From: a virus
DNA: 64,000 bases
IMG/VR virus record: IMGVR_UViG_3300037420_001136
Location: 27,891 to 91,890 of that record
Strand: one strand, 5' to 3'
The number at the start of each line of letters is the position of its first letter. The first letter of the stretch is position 1. Under the pieces are notes generated by a model, which worked only from the letters and a program-made list of their open reading frames with translations, had not been told where the DNA came from and did not search any database. Positions 62,129-64,000 of this stretch are shown here, in pieces. The translations under genes and the position numbers were made by a program.

Positions 62129-63541
62129 ATGTTTACCTTCGCGGCAGCACAGCGTTTTTCAAATGCCTACGGTTCTTCCGTAGTGAGTCGTAGCTTCAGC
62201 TTCGCCTCAGGCTATAGAATTATTTGCATCTGGTTCGCCGATAATTCCACGCGGACAATCTCCAGTGTGGTTTGCAACGGTAACTCGTGCGTCAGGATAG
62301 ATACTGGTTCTACTTCGGACGCTGTTCAAATATGGGCTGATACTTCTGGTTCTCGCACCGCAGCGAGTGAGACAGTAACTGTAACCTTCAATCTTACTGT
62401 AGATCTAGTCATGCTGGGCGGGGTTACGGCTAACTCTTCTCTAGACATTAGTCCCATCTTCACTACTCGACTGAGTGGATCAATAGCAGACCCGAAGGTC
62501 TACCCATCTCCGATCAATGTACCGGACGCCGGTGCTGCTCTGAGCTTTAACGTATTCTCCGCGAGTGGGGGAATAACCCCGAAGAACGGCACAGAGATCG
62601 GAGAGCTAGTTGACGTCAGTAGCTATGAGTGGGTAGAATTCGGACAGGGAATCTACAATGTAACGTGGAACTCTGGATCTCAGAGTACTACGGACGGCGT
62701 TACGATTGTCTTTGAACCGATTACACCCTCCAGCACGGTCACTGAGACAGCCATCTATAATTTCAACGGAGCTACTCCCGGGGCAGCTACGATCTCCGGA
62801 AGTCACATCACTGCGGATGTAATTTCTCTCGGCTCTACAATCATAGCAACGGTGGGTGACAGCAGCGTCGGCTATCCAACACCTGAGTTGAGAGCTATTC
62901 CCGCTGTGGCGACGACTGCCGCAGCAGCGGTGACTAGCAACGACTATTTTCAATTCACTATTCACGGCGGTGCGGGTCTATTCCTCAAGCGCATCCAGCT
63001 CAGGGCAGCGCGCGGTGGATCTTCAACGCCTCGCGGGTTCATTATTCGTTCTAGCATTGACGGGTTCGCTAGTGATCTCATACCCGATAATCCTGTACCC
63101 ACGATCAGAACGACTTACACGGAGTATGACTTCTCTACCAACTTAGACCTTACCTCGCCTGTTACAATTCGCTTCTACATCTACGGTCCGATCGCCGGAG
63201 GCTCGTCCATTGAGTTTGACGACTTCATCTTCTCTGTACCAGTCGCGGGAAGTGATACGACTGCTCCCGTCATCACAAATCGCACTACCGTCAACCTGAA
63301 GCCCAAGACACCTTTATCGCTCACCCTAACCTCCGACGATCCTGCGGCGGTTTGGACTAAGACGGGCGGAGCAGATCAGGCGCTCTTCACTCTAAGCGGA
63401 AATACTCTAACTCTTCCAGCGCAGAATGCGAGAGTGACTCGGCAAGTTCAGATCACTGCCACCGATGCTGCGAGTAACTCAAGCAACGCGACCATCACGG
63501 TAAAGACGACTGATTTTAAGCGGAGATCGAGGGCCTACTGA
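62129..63541 (+). CDS. Putative receptor-binding/fibre protein with C-terminal cadherin-like domain
   Basis: Ser/Thr-rich beta protein; DTTAPVIT...GGADQALFTLSG..L...V.ITATDAA.N; lower GC than neighbours. Confidence 0.6.
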   Translation: MFTFAAAQRFSNAYGSSVVSRSFSFASGYRIICIWFADNSTRTISSVVCNGNSCVRIDTGSTSDAVQIWADTSGSRTAASETVTVTFNLTVDLVMLGGVTANSSLDISPIFTTRLSGSIADPKVYPSPINVPDAGAALSFNVFSASGGITPKNGTEIGELVDVSSYEWVEFGQGIYNVTWNSGSQSTTDGVTIVFEPITPSSTVTETAIYNFNGATPGAATISGSHITADVISLGSTIIATVGDSSVGYPTPELRAIPAVATTAAAAVTSNDYFQFTIHGGAGLFLKRIQLRAARGGSSTPRGFIIRSSIDGFASDLIPDNPVPTIRTTYTEYDFSTNLDLTSPVTIRFYIYGPIAGGSSIEFDDFIFSVPVAGSDTTAPVITNRTTVNLKPKTPLSLTLTSDDPAAVWTKTGGADQALFTLSGNTLTLPAQNARVTRQVQITATDAASNSSNATITVKTTDFKRRSRAY

Positions 63542-64000
63542 TGAACCAGCTATCAATTCAGCAGATCTTCTCGGCTACGGGTGTGATCTATGGTCGCAGC
63601 TCTGCCGGAACGGGTCAGGGAGAGGAGCTCACTCCTGCCGCCGCGAGAACGCTCCTAGGAGTCTCGTCAGGAAGCATCACGTTCGTCCTCGACGGAGGCG
63701 GAGCAGTCATTGCGGCTGGACAAACTCTCGATCTTCCCGACTTTCCCTATGCAGCGAACATCACAGGCTGGACCATCACAGGCGATGTATCCGGCTCGGC
63801 CGTAGTTACGATCTCTAAGGCTACCTACGCCAACTATCCGACCTTCACGGCAATCTCGGGAACGGAGAAACCGACGCTCTCGTCAGCCCAGAAGAATCAA
63901 GATCTAGCCATCTCAACCTGGACCACCGCTCTAGCTCAGGGAGATGTTCTGAGGGCTAGTGTGGACAGCGCTTCCACCGTGAAGCGTCTGACGGTCACTA
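63541..64000 (+). CDS. Structural protein (partial, runs off window end)
   Basis: TGATG coupling; GRSSAGTGQGEELT, ITFVLDGGGAVI, I.GWTI..D.SGS.V. Confidence 0.6.
   Translation, partial: MNQLSIQQIFSATGVIYGRSSAGTGQGEELTPAAARTLLGVSSGSITFVLDGGGAVIAAGQTLDLPDFPYAANITGWTITGDVSGSAVVTISKATYANYPTFTAISGTEKPTLSSAQKNQDLAISTWTTALAQGDVLRASVDSASTVKRLTVT

Noticed and set aside
1-64000. Integrase, transposase, phage RNA polymerase/sigma factor, dpdA/que or other clear modification genes
   Set aside because: No recognisable motifs in this window; the writer of the inferred mark, if real, must lie elsewhere or be unrecognised

Overview
A 64-kb slice of a GC-rich tailed dsDNA phage genome (Caudoviricetes). The host is probably an alphaproteobacterium, inferred from the promoter style. 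Layout: a + strand DNA metabolism/packaging block (PolA, dUTPase, 5'-3' exonuclease, glycosylase, SF1 helicase, DEDDh exonuclease, TerS/TerL, class II RNR, C1 peptidase; 1-11.9 kb); a mostly - strand block of about 80 small genes with ligase, endolysin and a Calx-beta lipoprotein, interrupted by a + strand primase-helicase (12-44.5 kb) and containing an AT-rich candidate origin at 42.6-43.0 kb; a + strand cluster of small, individually promoted genes (44.8-52.8 kb); and a head/fibre module (53-64 kb). The main signal is a dinucleotide code. The genome is rich in GA/TC, yet a sharply bounded ~1.07-kb island (51855-52923) has no GA or TC at all. The island is a complete transcription unit (promoter, GA-free Shine-Dalgarno sites, two Asp/Glu-free basic proteins, terminator). 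Also, 28 of 32 sigma70-like promoters found by eye carry a GA at the same spacer position (about -26/-25); the exceptions are the island, primase, scaffold and capsid promoters. I infer that virion DNA is modified at GA/TC and that this mark gates transcription, with the unmodifiable island acting as a bootstrap cassette. The modification enzymes are not identifiable in this window. A separately promoted, highly structured ~460-nt ncRNA candidate lies at about 6000-6460.
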